The notes: generated from the sequence alone by a model not told the origin. A stretch of 64,000 nucleotides of DNA from Eledone cirrhosa (GCA_964016885.1 OZ024740.1:347076001-347140000), one strand, 5' to 3'; positions 14,010-28,079 are shown, numbered from the stretch's first letter. Numbers and translations: made by a program.

Positions 14010-14945
14010 CTACACACACACACACACAATATATATATATATAATCTCTTCATCTTAACATGCTAACCATACTCCCACACACATAACACCCATACACACA
14101 CATAACAACCCCCACACCCACAACTCCCACCCCCAGTTCTACTAATAAAACCACTTTCCTACACATATATACACACACACAAGATATATATTCTCTCCAT
14201 CTTAACATACTCGCACACACACACATAACACCCATATATACACACACACAACCCCCTCCCCCATTTCTACTAATAGAATCATCTTCCAATACACACATAC
14301 ACACACACACAAGCACACAAATAAACATACATATCTTTACTTCAATAGAAAATCTGAACTCTGACACACCAGAGAACTAACCATATTCACTGAACCAGAA
14401 CAATTCTCCCATCCCATTTCTCTTGACCACTATCTTTTCCTTGTCATAACATTCTCTATAAAGGCTATAGAATAGATTTCCAAATAAGGGCGCGAAAATG
14501 TAATGAAAACTTGTTCACGTGACAGCCATAATTTAATTTATAACCAATCAAATCACGTTTATTAAAAAAAAGCCTTCGTGAGCCACCCTTATTTTTAAGT
14601 AAAGAAATTCAAACACACACACACAACACACACGCACACACACACAAGCACACAAATAAACATACATATCTTTACATTCTTTATTCAATAGAAAATCTGA
14701 ATTCTGACACCTCAGCGAACTAACCATATTCACTGAACCAGAACAATTCTCGCATCCCATTTCTCTTGACCATTATCTTTCACTTATCATAAAATTCTCT
14801 AAAAAGGCTACGGAATGGATTTCCAAATAAGGGCGCGAAAATTTAATGAAAACTTGTTCACGTGACAGCCATAATTTCATTTATAACCAACCAAAAAAAA
14901 GCCTTCGTGAGCCCCTTTTTTCAAGTAAAAGGAAATTCAAACACT
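14010..14945 (+). repeat. Tandem duplications in the 3' UTR of PLE A (~150 bp x2 and ~320 bp x2)
   Basis: CATCTTAACAT..CACACACATAACACCCAT repeated; AATAGAAAATCTGAA..AGCCTTCGTGAGCC block at ~14345-14615 and ~14685-14945. Confidence 0.85.
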
Positions 14946-15165
14946 CATATATGAAAAAAAAAACTGTGACAACCCCCCCCCCCCCCTCTTATTTGAAGAA
15001 CTATTGTAACGCGAACTGGCGCGAAATTTATCATAATTATTGACCAACCAATCAAATTACTTCTCGAAAAACCTGGCATTTCGAGCCACTTTTTCCATAT
15101 AAAACAAGTAACATTCAGAGACCAACCAGATGTGAGAAAAACCACAGACCCTCCATCTCAACTCA

Positions 15166-15203
15166 CCTTTTGAAAAGCAGAAGAACTGCGAAACCGGTAA
15201 AGG
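15166..15203 (+). ncRNA. Minimal type I HHR, U3-A8 variant, 3' pLTR of PLE A
   Basis: CCTT-TTGAAAA-GCAG-aagaa-CTGC-GAAA-CCGG-TA-AAGG; stems I and II perfect; palindromic ACCGGT at stem III. Confidence 0.8.
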
Positions 15204-15334
15204 AACCAAATAAATATATATATATTTTTTTAAAATAAGACACCAGTTGCATTTTCGATTTCATCTTTTTTTCTTTATACTTTCACTCGTGTAGGACACC
15301 TCGGTTATATTTCAATTTGTAAAAAAAACCTCAC

Positions 15335-15463
<129 letters not shown>

Positions 15464-15881
15464 CATACACGAATGAAACATTTATGTAGTCATCAAATCT
15501 ATGAAGATACTTATGCTCTGAACTTTTTTTCTAATTGTGGTCACCTCCAGATACCTATCTGGAATCCACCGCAAAACGGGGAGGAGTGTGGGGAGATGGT
15601 GTTTAGAGGTGGACGGAATCGAATTGTTCATCACGCATATATACATGGGTGTGTACATAGTGTATCTTCTATTTTCTAATTCAATCTTCTGTTAAAGGAT
15701 TAGTGTCCGAAACCTTATGGCATTACAATACAATACAATACAATACAGTAGTGGATACATGATAATAGTACCACTGATGATGTTGCAGATGTACAACGAA
15801 AGAACTTTATTAGACTATATATATATATATTTACATCTGTATTTTTGACTGTTGGTCATCAACGATAAACATAATTGCATG

Positions 15882-15982
<101 letters not shown>

Positions 15983-18270
15983 ATGGGTGTGTATGTGTGT
16001 GCAAGATATGTTTATATATATTCACTTGTACATATGCAGGTATAAATGTATGTGCTTAAGTATACATTACGTCCGTATGAGTATGCGTGTCTGTGAATGT
16101 GTATGTGACAACCATTGAAATAAATACATCGTACCGTAAATATATATATGGGAGCTAAAAATATATTAGGCTATGTGAATTAAGATTGTATAGAACGACC
16201 AGAGGAATAGAGAGAGGTTGTCAAACCTTAAATAGGAAATATAAAGAAAATTATTATTTAACGAACTCAGATATAATTCTTTATATCAGACGTCAACGTG
16301 AAAGAATGATCGAGTTGAGTCCAGCAGGCTTTTAAATTTTCTTTTTATTTGACATGTCTCCAACGGTTACATCCTTTCCTACTCCAACTGCTTTGGTTCT
16401 TGATTGTTAGAAATGACCATAAAAATGCTTCCTTTCGAGAAGATATATTCAAACTTTTTCAGAGCAACTATAAGGCTCTAGTAAGATTGAAAGTGCACAA
16501 AGTGCACAAACTCCGAATCATTCATCAACAGATGACTATGCTCTCGTAGGGTAATTTATTTTAAAAATAATAATAACAGTACAAATCAGAATGGAGTAAA
16601 GAGCCATGTGAGAAAGAAAAGCAGAACAATGTCTTTATAAATGACAACACCAAAAACCTTGATGAAAAACAAGTTGTGTTGAAGAAAAGAAGTCAATTTC
16701 CCTAAGGCGTGTATGATAGTAAAAGATGAAAGATGAATCGCAAAATACAATCAAAAGAACTGAAAATATTCTACAATATTCTATCAGAAAATAATTGAAT
16801 TCATAGCATGTGGTAATATGTAAGTTAGGGCATCACCTCAAGGCAAAAATTAATTGCTTTCTCTTTGCCTGTCTTTCTGCCATATCGGTTGTTGCTTATC
16901 ATTTCAGATAAAGAAGAGGAAAAGCAAAATATAAAAATTAATAAATAAAATAAAACAAATAAAAAAAACACTAGGGATATGTGTCTTCACACATAAAGGT
17001 TCGGCTATTTTCTTAGGATGGCAGAATTGTCTAATAACTTTGTCTAAACAACAGAGTCCTATATTACGATATATTTGGTAGTGCCATTGTTCCCTAATAT
17101 TAGCTATAATGCCTATTACTTTCCTATCTCCACGATTTGTACGTTGTTGTTTTTTTTGTTTGTTTTTTCTGTGTGTGTGTGGGGGGGGGGGGGGTGTTAA
17201 CATAGATTAAACCAAATCTCTCTTCTATATTTCTTTCGCCTTCTTTTTCTATATGTTTGTGTAACATTGACTTACATTTAATAATTAATATGAATTAATT
17301 TGTATTTGTCCATTTAGAGCAGTCATGTGATTGAGGGAAGTTATTCATTTTACCTCATACTATACGTTTTGTGCAGTAAGTATATTTGCTTGAGAAAATA
17401 TCATAAGGAAAGAAAATCATAAATACCTACACACTGGTGACTTTCTCTGGTGTTTTATTGAGACAAACTTCCATACGCCATCCTTTCTTCTGACATGGTT
17501 ATATATATATTGGTGATATATATAGCAGGTGAAATGAACTTACACATTATAGATTGGCTGTTTAGGCCCAGATAAGCTTTTATCATTCAAGCCATGATTT
17601 TCTGTCTTGTTTTATATTTATATATCAGATATTAGCTTGACCAAAACACCCTTCTTTACTAGTGGTGGTCGGGCGTAACTTGATTAAAAGCTCTTGTTAT
17701 TTCAAACAAGATGAATTCAGAGTAGTTTCTATTTGCGGATAATAAATTTGTGAAAAACAAATTTATGGAGTCAGTATGAATACATTGTATATGGTTCGAA
17801 AAGGTGGATATAATGATACATATAGAATTATTTTATTAGATAACAAAAATGTTGGTATGTTGGTATGTATATATTTTAGAATAAAATTCCTTCATAAATT
17901 ATTATTTTGAATAATAAATAACCCCATAGTAAGATACATATCGTCATATTCATGAAAGTATTTAACAATAGCTGTTGTGACAAATCACAGAGGCAATAAA
18001 CATAAAAGAATTACAACCAAAATTAAATAGAAAATATGAGTGGAACACAACATCACAACTTACAATTAAGGACAAAATGAAAATACACACGCACATAGAA
18101 CAAACAACCAACCTGTAACATGTAAATAAACAAATAAATAAACGAATATAAACACACACAGACACCCGGATGTGGCGCATGCGCAGACTGATCACACAAC
18201 ACACACACAGAAACAAAATGGCGTAGGACAGAACAAAAGAGAGGCACAAAAACAAAGAAAAGAATCCCCA

Positions 18271-18313
18271 GTCACTGAAGAAGTCACATAATGAGTGACG
18301 AAAGAACTTTGAC
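18271..18313 (+). ncRNA. Minimal type I HHR with an extra nucleotide after A9
   Basis: GTCA-CTGAAGA-A-GTCAC-ataatga-GTGAC-GAAA-GAAC-TT-TGAC. Confidence 0.8.
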
Positions 18314-18438
18314 AATATATAAACAACTATCTGGTTGTGGAACCAACCGACCAACCGGAAATTTATAAATTCATTATAATAAATTGAAGTGAAAGCAACT
18401 GGTGCGTGTGTTTTTTATTCATATATATATATATGATG

Positions 18439-18522
<84 letters not shown>

Positions 18523-18705
18523 TGCGTATGTGTGTGCGTGTGCGTGTATGTGTGTGTATTGATTGATTATTAATAGATATTTTATGCGTTTGGATTCACA
18601 CATTGCTGCTTCTCGATAAATCATACGATCTCTATGTCTATCTATCTACCTATCTACCTATTTATCAATCTATCTATCAATCTATCTATCTATCTATCTA
18701 TCTCA

Positions 18706-18744
<39 letters not shown>

Positions 18745-18754
18745 ACTAAGGAGA

Positions 18755-18934
18755 TGTGGTAGGGAACCAGATAGACGATAACGTACCAGAGTACTCAATA
18801 CTTAGAGTAGTAGAGTAGGTAATAGGAGAAAGTATGACCCCGACGGCAGACCTCAAGCCGTTTCGACGGCTATTTCTGGACAAGAAATAGCCGTCGAAAC
18901 GTTTGAGCTCTGCAGTCGGGGTCATACTTTCTCC

Positions 18935-18937
<3 letters not shown>
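18755..18937 (-). mobile_element. Family Y pLTR-like insertion with fold-back palindrome at 18822-18937
   Basis: ATAGGAGAAAGTATGACCCCGAC..GTCGGGGTCATACTTTCTCCTAT arms; (TA)n on both sides. Confidence 0.7.
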
Positions 18938-18982
<45 letters not shown>

Positions 18983-19036
18983 GATGTGTGTGTGTGTACA
19001 TATATATCTATATACACACACACACATATAAATAAA

Positions 19037-19066
<30 letters not shown>

Positions 19067-19073
<7 letters not shown>

Positions 19074-20123
19074 AATTAGTATATCTACCAACATATATAT
19101 ATACAGATGCATATCTATGCTAGCAAATATATAGGTTTGTCTTAGTAACTTTGTTTTTCAATGCAAGTGGATGCAGAACAATAATATGAAAGACGTAAAA
19201 TAAGAAAATTATAAAAATTAACTGAGTTACTAAAATTCCACTGCAACTAATTAGTTTCTGAAAGGGAATAAACATGGTTTCCGAATGGAACAACATGGAG
19301 AAATCCTTTCGTCATCAGGGAAGTCTATTCTCAACTAAGTTCCCAGGCAATGCGTGGACACAGGGAACTTATATAAAAGTAATTCAGTGGATGGAAAAAA
19401 GTAAAGCGTGGACCAAGTTCCAAGACATTTAAAAAATCACTGCCTACTTGGTGGGTGGCAAATTCAAAAGAATCAATCACATGACATCGAGGTTAATCAG
19501 TGCGGATTGGTGTGTTAAGAAGACAGCAGCCGAACCATTACTATGAACTATAGCAGCAGTTTTGGCAAATCTTTGCTCAAAAAAATAATTTGGAAATAAT
19601 TATAAAGAATTACTATATCTACCAACATATATATACAGATGCATACCTATGCTAGCAAATATATCGGTTTTGTCTTAGTAACTTTGTGGTTCAATGCAAG
19701 GGGATGCAGAACTATAATATGAAAGACGTAAAATAAGAACATTATAAAAAATTAACTTACTTACTAAAATTTCACTCCAACTAATTAGTTTCTGAAAGGG
19801 AATAAACATGGTTTCCGAATGGAACAACATGGAGAAATCCTTTCGTCATCAGGGAAGACTATTCTCAGCTAAGTTCCCAGGCAATGCGTGGACACGGGGA
19901 ACTTATATAAAAATAATTCAGTGGATGGAAAAAAGCATAAGTTCCCTGTGTCCACGCATTGCCAGGGAACTTAGCTGAGAATAGACTTCCTTGATGACGA
20001 AAGAATTTCTCCATGTTGTTCCATTCGGAAACCATGTTTATTCCTTTTCAGAAACTAATTAGTTGGAGTGAAATTTTAGTAAGTAAGTTAATTTTTATAA
20101 TATTCTTATTTTACGTCTTTCAT
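19067..20123 (-). mobile_element. Non-coding PLE-like insertion: 534-bp monomer, partial tandem copy and inverted copy
   Basis: 19601-19935 repeats the start of 19067-19600; 19937-20123 is the reverse complement of ~19715-19906; each part has (C/T)TGATGA-CGAA..TTCG-GAAA; (TA)n flanks. Confidence 0.75.
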
Positions 20124-21286
20124 ATATATATATATATATATATATTTAATACAATAACAGAGATAGCTTAAAGCTAAACTCTGACTGGTAACCATCTCAC
20201 TCAACAAACATATATGTTAGTATAAACCCAATTTAAGTGTTTGGGGTGCTAACTATATGTATTTTGTGGAAAGCCAGTTGTATTATTTTATGAGATATAA
20301 TTAAAGTTAAAATATATATATAGAGAGAGAAGGAGGAGTGAGGATTTTACCAGATTTTACCAGTTTTGTACAATTAAGATATTTAATCAGCAGAGTACTC
20401 GATATTTGGGATAGTAGAGTGTAAATATATTATATATAAGAAAACAGTCAGGAACCCGACGGCTGAGCCTCGGCCGTTTTGACAGCTAGATCCAAACTAA
20501 ACCAATAGTATTAGGACGGCAGGGACCTAACAAAACCTATCAAGAGGTACAGACCATATATGGGCATGCAATCAAAGCAAAGTAGAAGTATCAAATCAAA
20601 CAATCCTAAAAATTGTTATTTTTCTTGTTTGTCACGGGGAGTGGTCAATGCTTTTGGTATGTCTAAATTCCCTCATAGCGGCGGGGGAGGGGTTGGCTGA
20701 ACTGGCCTGTAGAACAAAGGGGAAGGAGTAAGATGACATTCTAACCTGTGGATGCCTGGCCGGGCATGCGTTAAGAGAGAATTCTTTACGACTAATTGGG
20801 ATAAAAATCAGCATAAGAGAAACAAGGAATGTTGTAGAGTGAAAGTGGGTATGCCAGGTCTAACAGTTGGTTAACGAGCAAAGCATATAAAAGGTAACAC
20901 TAAATACATAATTAATAAAATTTGGTTATCAGTTATTCTACTGCACTGGAATGGCACCTCAATTTAGTAATTTACCAATATTATCTTCCATAATGATACA
21001 CACTCTCCACCAAGAAAAAAACCATGGCTATGTTTTCGGCCGGTACTATGTGTATTTCACAAGAGTGAAAACATTCGGGTCAACCTAAGGAAAAATGGAG
21101 ACTGAATATAATGGTGTAGATATGCAGAGATCCACCTAAGTGTAAATATAATGTGTACCTAATGTAGAAAAAAGAAAAGAAGAAAAAAGAACAGATGTCA
21201 ACTTATACCTAAGTATGCTTGTGGTTTCCTCTATCTTAGTTTGTAAATAAGAAAGAGATACAGCAGAGTATATATATATTAATTAC

Positions 21287-21363
<77 letters not shown>

Positions 21364-21640
21364 AATAATATCTTCCATGGAAACATTTGTAAGCACACGG
21401 AATAAATTACCTTTTTACGATGTCTACCTGTTATTATTCATACCTCATATACACTCCGGAATACAGAAGGATCAGGAACTAAATTTCTTCAACAATTCTT
21501 CCATAACTCGCAGTGTAACCTCTCACCGAACGTCAACCATATCCAGTGTAGTATTTAACCATTACTACATCTAGGATAATCCTATACCTAATAATCGCCT
21601 CCTCCACAGTTGAGCAACCACACCAACACACGGCATTAAT

Positions 21641-23951
21641 ATGGAAAGGCATCATATAGGTATATCACTTAAAAACATACCTATACCTAACAAAAGGGAA
21701 TATATTCTTAGTATGATTCAACGCAATAATGACTTCATCCGGCGTGTACGATGGAAAGCTTTCCATTTCGATAAGGGACGCGCCAGTCACTCGTCTGAAT
21801 CATATGGTTTTAAATCATGTAAAAACCCACCCACAAACCCCCATCTCGATGCTTTCGAACAAGATTTAATGAAAACGACCATGAACATTAAGTTTAACAA
21901 ACAGAAATAATGAGCTGCAGAGCAACATGAAAGCACTACTCCGAAGACCGCAAAATACCAATGGGATTGTTATGAAAGCTGACAAGACCTCTAACGTGTA
22001 TACCATGGATATCGATACGTACAATAACTTCATACGCAACGAACTACACAAAAAATATAGAAAAACAAATGAAACTACGCTAGCAAATATTAACAATGAG
22101 GCATACAAAGTGGTGAAGAATCTCAAGATAGACGATAGAACCGAGCCGATTATACCCGCTACACCCACCTTCAACCTGAAGGACCATAAGGTAAATTTTG
22201 ACTCTAACCCTAAGATTAGACTTATATGCCCTTCTAAATCAGACATAGGAAAAATTAGCAAACATATACTTGACAGAGTAATAACTCAAGTGAAAAAGAA
22301 AATTGAAATTAAATTATGGGGCAACACTAGCGAAGCAATTCGCAGGTTTAATAACGTTAAGAATAAGAATAAACTAAGTTTATACAATTTGACATAGACG
22401 AATACTACTTTCAATCTCACAAAGCACTTTACGTAAGGCCCTATCGTTTGCTAAAGTCAATTCCAACCTAACGGAGGACGAAATTAATATTATTCTCGAG
22501 GCTAGAAAAACTATTATTAAGTTTGAAAACTGCTACTGGGAACGTAAGGACAGACCCACAAACTTCGACATTACCATGGGTTCGAACGACTCAGCGGAGG
22601 TCACGGATCTTGTGGGAATTTACATAGCCCACATACTACATAGTACATTTAGTAATCTACAGGGGGGGGGGATATACAGAGATGACGGGCTCTTATTAGT
22701 TAATAACTTGAATAACCAAAATCTTGAAAGGCTACGGAAAAATATTAGAAATCTTTTAGTGAACTGGGTCTAAAAATGACATACGAATACAATCTTAAAG
22801 TAGTAAACTTTCTGGACGTAACTCTTAATTTAAATACCTTCCACAAGATGAATGAGAACCTTACCTATATCAACTTTAACTCAAACCACCCACTCTCCAT
22901 GATCAAATCGGTTCCCCGGAGTATTTCTCTTAGAATCTCTCGCCTATCGTCTAACTCTGATATTTTTAGTGAACACGCTGAATACTATAATAATGCATTA
23001 AGGAATGCCGACCACCGGGATACACTAGAATACATTGATAAGAATCTCCATAACACACATAGCTCTACACGAAATCAAAGAATACGTAACCGGGGGACTA
23101 AAATACAAGCGCACACACACAGTACCACCAGACATACTAATAATAGGAAATCACCACCAAATAAATCACGTTGTAGAAAGTATATCAGGTATAATCCTGT
23201 TTTTAATGCCTCGATTAGTACAAAACTATCTCTTTGATTCTTTAAGTTAATCAACAAACATTTCCCTAGTTCCCATAAATACAGTAAATTTCTGAACTCT
23301 AAAACTATTAGACTATCATACTCCACGGCACCAAACCTTGAAGCATACATAAAAATACTTAACTTAAAGCAATTAAACAACACTACAAAACAAAATATTT
23401 TGGTAACAGATGGGCAGAACGTAATATCTGCCTCCCAACCACTAAATGGGAGACGGGTATTACACAACCAACCTGTACTGCTATCACAACCTATCCATGG
23501 TATACCCGTTACCCACAACAACGAATGTAACTGCCATCTACCTGAAAGATGTCCATTGAAGAATGAATGCCTAAAGTCCAACATTGTTTACCAATGCACG
23601 GTTGAATCGAACGACCAGAAATGGTATTATATCGGATCTACCACCACCTCGTTTAAATCTCGCTGGTACCGTCATCGATTCTCAATCAAACATCCTGATC
23701 ACCGTTTTGTGACCACGCTCGCCAACAAGACCTGGCAACTCCGTGAACGCAACCAACAGTTCACCTTAAAATGGGATATACTTTCCAGCGCAAGTGCATC
23801 CCGGAGTGGATTGAAGTACTGTAGGTTATGTAACCTTGAACTCTTTTACATATTAAAATCCCAAAACAAACTACTTAACGATAGAATCGAACGATCATTA
23901 TACTGCAACGACAAACTAAAAGCTAAATTCTCTCACTATAAAATAACTTAA
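21641..23951 (+). pseudogene. Naiad-type RT plus GIY-YIG, frameshifted
   Basis: SLKNIPIP..RRVRWKA, KADKTSNVY, LKDHK..RLICPSKSDIG, MGSND, IYRDDG, NFLD, CNC..CPL..C, YYIGST, CRLC..E. Confidence 0.93.
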
Positions 23952-24448
23952 CATTCGAACACGTAACTATAACATCGCTTTCTAGCTAACCACCTTCTCT
24001 TCCCCCACACTACAAGACAATACACTGCTTATCACTATAAATGGTAACTCAGTGCAATTCGCAGATTACTACTACGAACCCTAAGTTCACCCACCACATA
24101 GACTTCGTCTGTCCCCTCTCTATCTCTCTCTCTCTATATCCATTCCACTCTCTCTCTCTCACCTTTGGCCTACCTCCCTCCCTCTCCAGATCTATGAACC
24201 TGCCCTCTGGGGCAATAAATAATTCCGACCTTGACTATCAACGCATCTGTCTAAAAGTAACCAGTATAATAAAACCCCTACCATAACATTTTGATTAAGA
24301 TATCTACAAACCACTCTCTCCTATTTCTCCAACCCCTGCATATCTTTCTCTCTCTCTCCCTCTCCCCTACTTTTCTCTCTTCCTTTTCTACTCTATCTTC
24401 TCCAATAACCCCACTTAAGGGTATTTACATTGTACATTTTAACCATTC

Positions 24449-24560
24449 TGCTCTGAGGATACAGTGGTCACAGCATTTGATATTTGAGTTCTGCAAATAG
24501 TTGTAAATTTGCACATAGCATAACTAGGCTGTATTACCACCGTGGAAACATTTGTAAGCA
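24449..24560 (+). ncRNA. Type I HHR with long stem II insertion, pLTR of PLE B
   Basis: TGCT-CTGAGGA-TACAGTGGT..~67 nt..ACCACCGTG-GAAA-CATTTG-TA-AGCA, then AATAAA. Confidence 0.8.
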
Positions 24561-24607
24561 CACGGAATAAATTACCTTTTTACGATGTCTACCTGTTATT
24601 ATTCATT

Positions 24608-24677
<70 letters not shown>

Positions 24678-24689
24678 GGTTACACAACA

Positions 24690-26330
24690 GTTAGTTCACC
24701 ATACCGAGAACAATTGTTTCACCTTAGAGGATCTTTAGCGCTCGTAATGGAGATGGTTATACGGAACAGGAAGGACAACCGTACGAACGCGCATGCGCAG
24801 AAACCGGTCGCGTCACACAGGCAATACTAAAATGCATGCGAGAGGTCTAAGGGAGATAACTGCGAAAGTCCGAAAAGTTTGTAGTTGATAAGAAAATTAT
24901 GATGTTGTTGTAATTCAATCCGGAGCTTTGTAGTTATGCAATAGGTGTTTCGAGACGTGTGGACAACGTGTGAAGAATTAATTTCTCGTGTTTAGGCAAT
25001 CACTATTGCGTAATATCTTTAGAATATTTATTCGTTCATCAATACATAGTCCACACGACGGATTGCCCCTTGCGTATGGCTTGGACTAAGTGATGGCTTT
25101 CAATTGAATTGAGTAGTCTATATTGAGTCCTTGAGGGACCATAGGTAGCTCGCGAGTTTCCTGGATGAACGTCTGTCCGGGTACCTAAAGTTAGACTGGT
25201 GGTTCAGGAAACGTTCCTTAAATCGGCCCTCCGCCATACCCACATAGGATTTGACCTCCTGTGGTTGATTTGGTCGGTTGCAAGTGACCACAGCTTCATA
25301 AATTACAGTGGGTGTGTTGCATTGCTGTTGAAGGAGACAAGCTTCGAGTTTACAGCAAGAGCACCCTGGTGGGGTGTTGCTCCTAGGGCTGCTGGTTATG
25401 TGGGCCGTCATGTTCTTATCGCAGGAGTATCCTAGTTTTACTTTGTGTCGGTTAAATATGGAGCGGTATTCGTGACCTATGAGAAAGTGTCTATATAAGA
25501 GGGCTAGACATTTTTTGCCTACGTTGGTTTTAACGTTGAGTGAGAAGGGAGGAGAGAACCAGATAGTTTGTCTATTGTTACGCTTTCTTTTCTTATTGCT
25601 GTTGTTGATAGAGGAATAGTAAGAGATAGGTTGCGAGAAGTCGCTGTTAGCTAACGCCGTGTTATAGTAGGGTGCCGCACTGTCAAAGATAGCCTTATTT
25701 GAGGAGAGGTTTGAGATTCTAGTACTGATATTATTTACGAATTTTCTAAAAACAGTGGGAGGTGGCATGAGTCTTTGTGAATGGAATTGACCTTTTCGTT
25801 TAGCTTATGGAAGGGTCTGTAGGTGTGTGTGCGAAGGTCTAAATTAATGTCTAACAAATCTACGCTAGAGAGGTTGGTAGCTACTGTTATCCTAAGTCCT
25901 AACTTATTGAAAGTAGAAGCTAAGTCTTTTTTAAACCGGTCAAGGTCGTGACCACTTTTATGGCTCGATAAGGTCAGTCCATCGTCGCAGTATATTCCCG
26001 TGTCTAAAATAAATAGGCCAACCAAGTCGCATACGTCAGCACTGTCAAACGATCCCATTGAGACCTCGAATAGGTCTGAAATTGTTGACTTCTTTGGCCA
26101 GGCTATTTCGTTGTTGAAGAGGAGGGTTTTCCGGCAGTGAGCGATGATTTCCCTGTCTAAACCATGAACAGTAGTGTAAGTGGTAGCAAAGTCCAACGCT
26201 TTGTTTAAAAGGGTCTCTGAGATCGATGGGTAGAAGTAAAGTCTACCTTGTGATCTTTCAGTGTGAGAAACGCCTCCCGCTTAGCTAGAGATTGTAGCTT
26301 CTTATCTACCTTAAGGGCGGTGGCATATAT
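24690..26330 (-). mobile_element. Penelope-like element C (Naiad-type), 5'-truncated and internally deleted
   Basis: MGSFDSADVCDLVG, IYCDDG, WFSPPFS..TNVGK, CSCCKLEAC..C, SYVGMA..FKERF..H, CGLCIDE. Confidence 0.88.
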
Positions 26331-26339
26331 TGATTACAG

Positions 26340-26447
26340 AGTCGGATAAGATCCATAAAGATCGAACTTTGAGCTGATCAGTGGCGAAACGCGCGTCACC
26401 CACCAATAAATGTAATGAAGGAGTAACCAATCGTCCTTGTTATCTTT

Positions 26448-26450
<3 letters not shown>
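26340..26450 (+). repeat. Family X pLTR fragment (3' half of HHR), inverted relative to PLE C
   Basis: GAGTCGG..AGATCGAA..GAGCTGATC..GC-GAAA-CGCGCG-TC-ACC..AATAAA matches ~44595-44680. Confidence 0.65.
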
Positions 26451-26532
<82 letters not shown>

Positions 26533-26589
26533 TATTAAAAAAATAATGAATAAACAAAGAAACAGTTCCTTATATTAAACAAAAAAAGT

Positions 26590-26730
26590 TCATTATTTTA
26601 CGATCGTTTCTAGGACATATATGTGTTAGAATTGGTATGCATATTCAAAAGATCTATGTACAAAATTATACAAACTATCAAAGAGAATATACATACCTTC
26701 ACATATATATGCTATCTTCAGAAATAATGA
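26590..26730 (-). ncRNA. Type I HHR with ~100-nt stem II
   Basis: Minus strand TCATTATTT-CTGAAGA-TAG..CATATATGTG..CACATATATG..CTA-GAAA-CGATCG-TA-AAATAATGA; 9-bp stem I. Confidence 0.85.
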
Positions 26731-27067
26731 TGTATATTTATTGATAATAACAACAATTCAAAATTACAGGTCTGTTTGGGAACAGATTTTAAATAGACCA
26801 ATGAAACACATAAAAATTTATCAAGAAAATACAGTTAGGTGTGTGTATATATGTATGTAAATCCGTTCACAGATGTGCATAAAATTGTATGTTCATATGT
26901 ATACGTATGTTGAAAAAGTGTATGTAAATATAAAAATTTAGGGCTAATGTATCTGTATGTCTACAATCTACAGACAGAATATATATATATATATATACAT
27001 ATATATATACACATACATATACATACATGCACACACATACATATATACTTATATATATATATATACA

Positions 27068-27109
<42 letters not shown>

Positions 27110-27505
27110 TATATATTATTATTATAACTATATGGATATTGAGGCGCTCACATAAACACGCCCACACACACTTACATTCAGATGCAGAAGTAAAGGAGGT
27201 AAGGCAGTAAGTAATTAAAGGAAGGTGTCAATCTTGATGTATCCACAAAATTAGAAACAACAAAATTTTACATAACAGACGCGAATGTCTCACAAAAGAA
27301 ATATAAAAAACATAAAAAAACATAAAAGAGAGACATAAAATATACATGCTTATATACATACGCACATTTACACATCCATACGTTTGATACATACATACGT
27401 ACACACACACATATACACATACTTAACCTCACGCATATTAACCTGTTTGTATGCATACACATAAAAATAAGTAAAACATATACCCATACATATAAATACA
27501 CACCG

Positions 27506-27552
<47 letters not shown>

Positions 27553-27581
27553 CATATACACACACACACACATATATACAC

Positions 27582-27639
<58 letters not shown>

Positions 27640-28079
27640 GCATACACACACATACCCATGTATATATACACAACCACACACACACACACTCAGACATACA
27701 TATATATAGAGACATACACACACATATATGTATATATATATATATATATATAAATACACACAGTCAGACACATATGCACATATATACACATACATACACA
27801 CATCTCTACAAATACATATACATACACATACACATATATATATATATATACACTCATACACACACATTTCCATGCGCACATATGTATTTTTATACTCACA
27901 TACAAACACACAAACATACATACACACTTACATACACATACATACATCCACGCTTACAAATACAAATAATTATGGGGGGGTGAAGGGGGATTAAAATTAT
28001 TAGTGGGAAATAGTAAATATATAGGTTTCAAGGAACAGAATATTAATCTGCAGTTAAATCATTATATGTGTTTACATAG

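Larger units (their letters stand above)
21375..24607 (+). mobile_element. Penelope-like element B (Naiad-type), near full-length
   Basis: 21375-21438 repeated at 24540-24607 (partial tandem pLTR); (TA)n flanks; RT-GIY-YIG coding region. Confidence 0.92.

Noticed and set aside
24705-24755. Minus-strand GAAA-CAATTG-TT at the 3' end of PLE C
   Set aside because: No recognisable CUGANGA box or stem I
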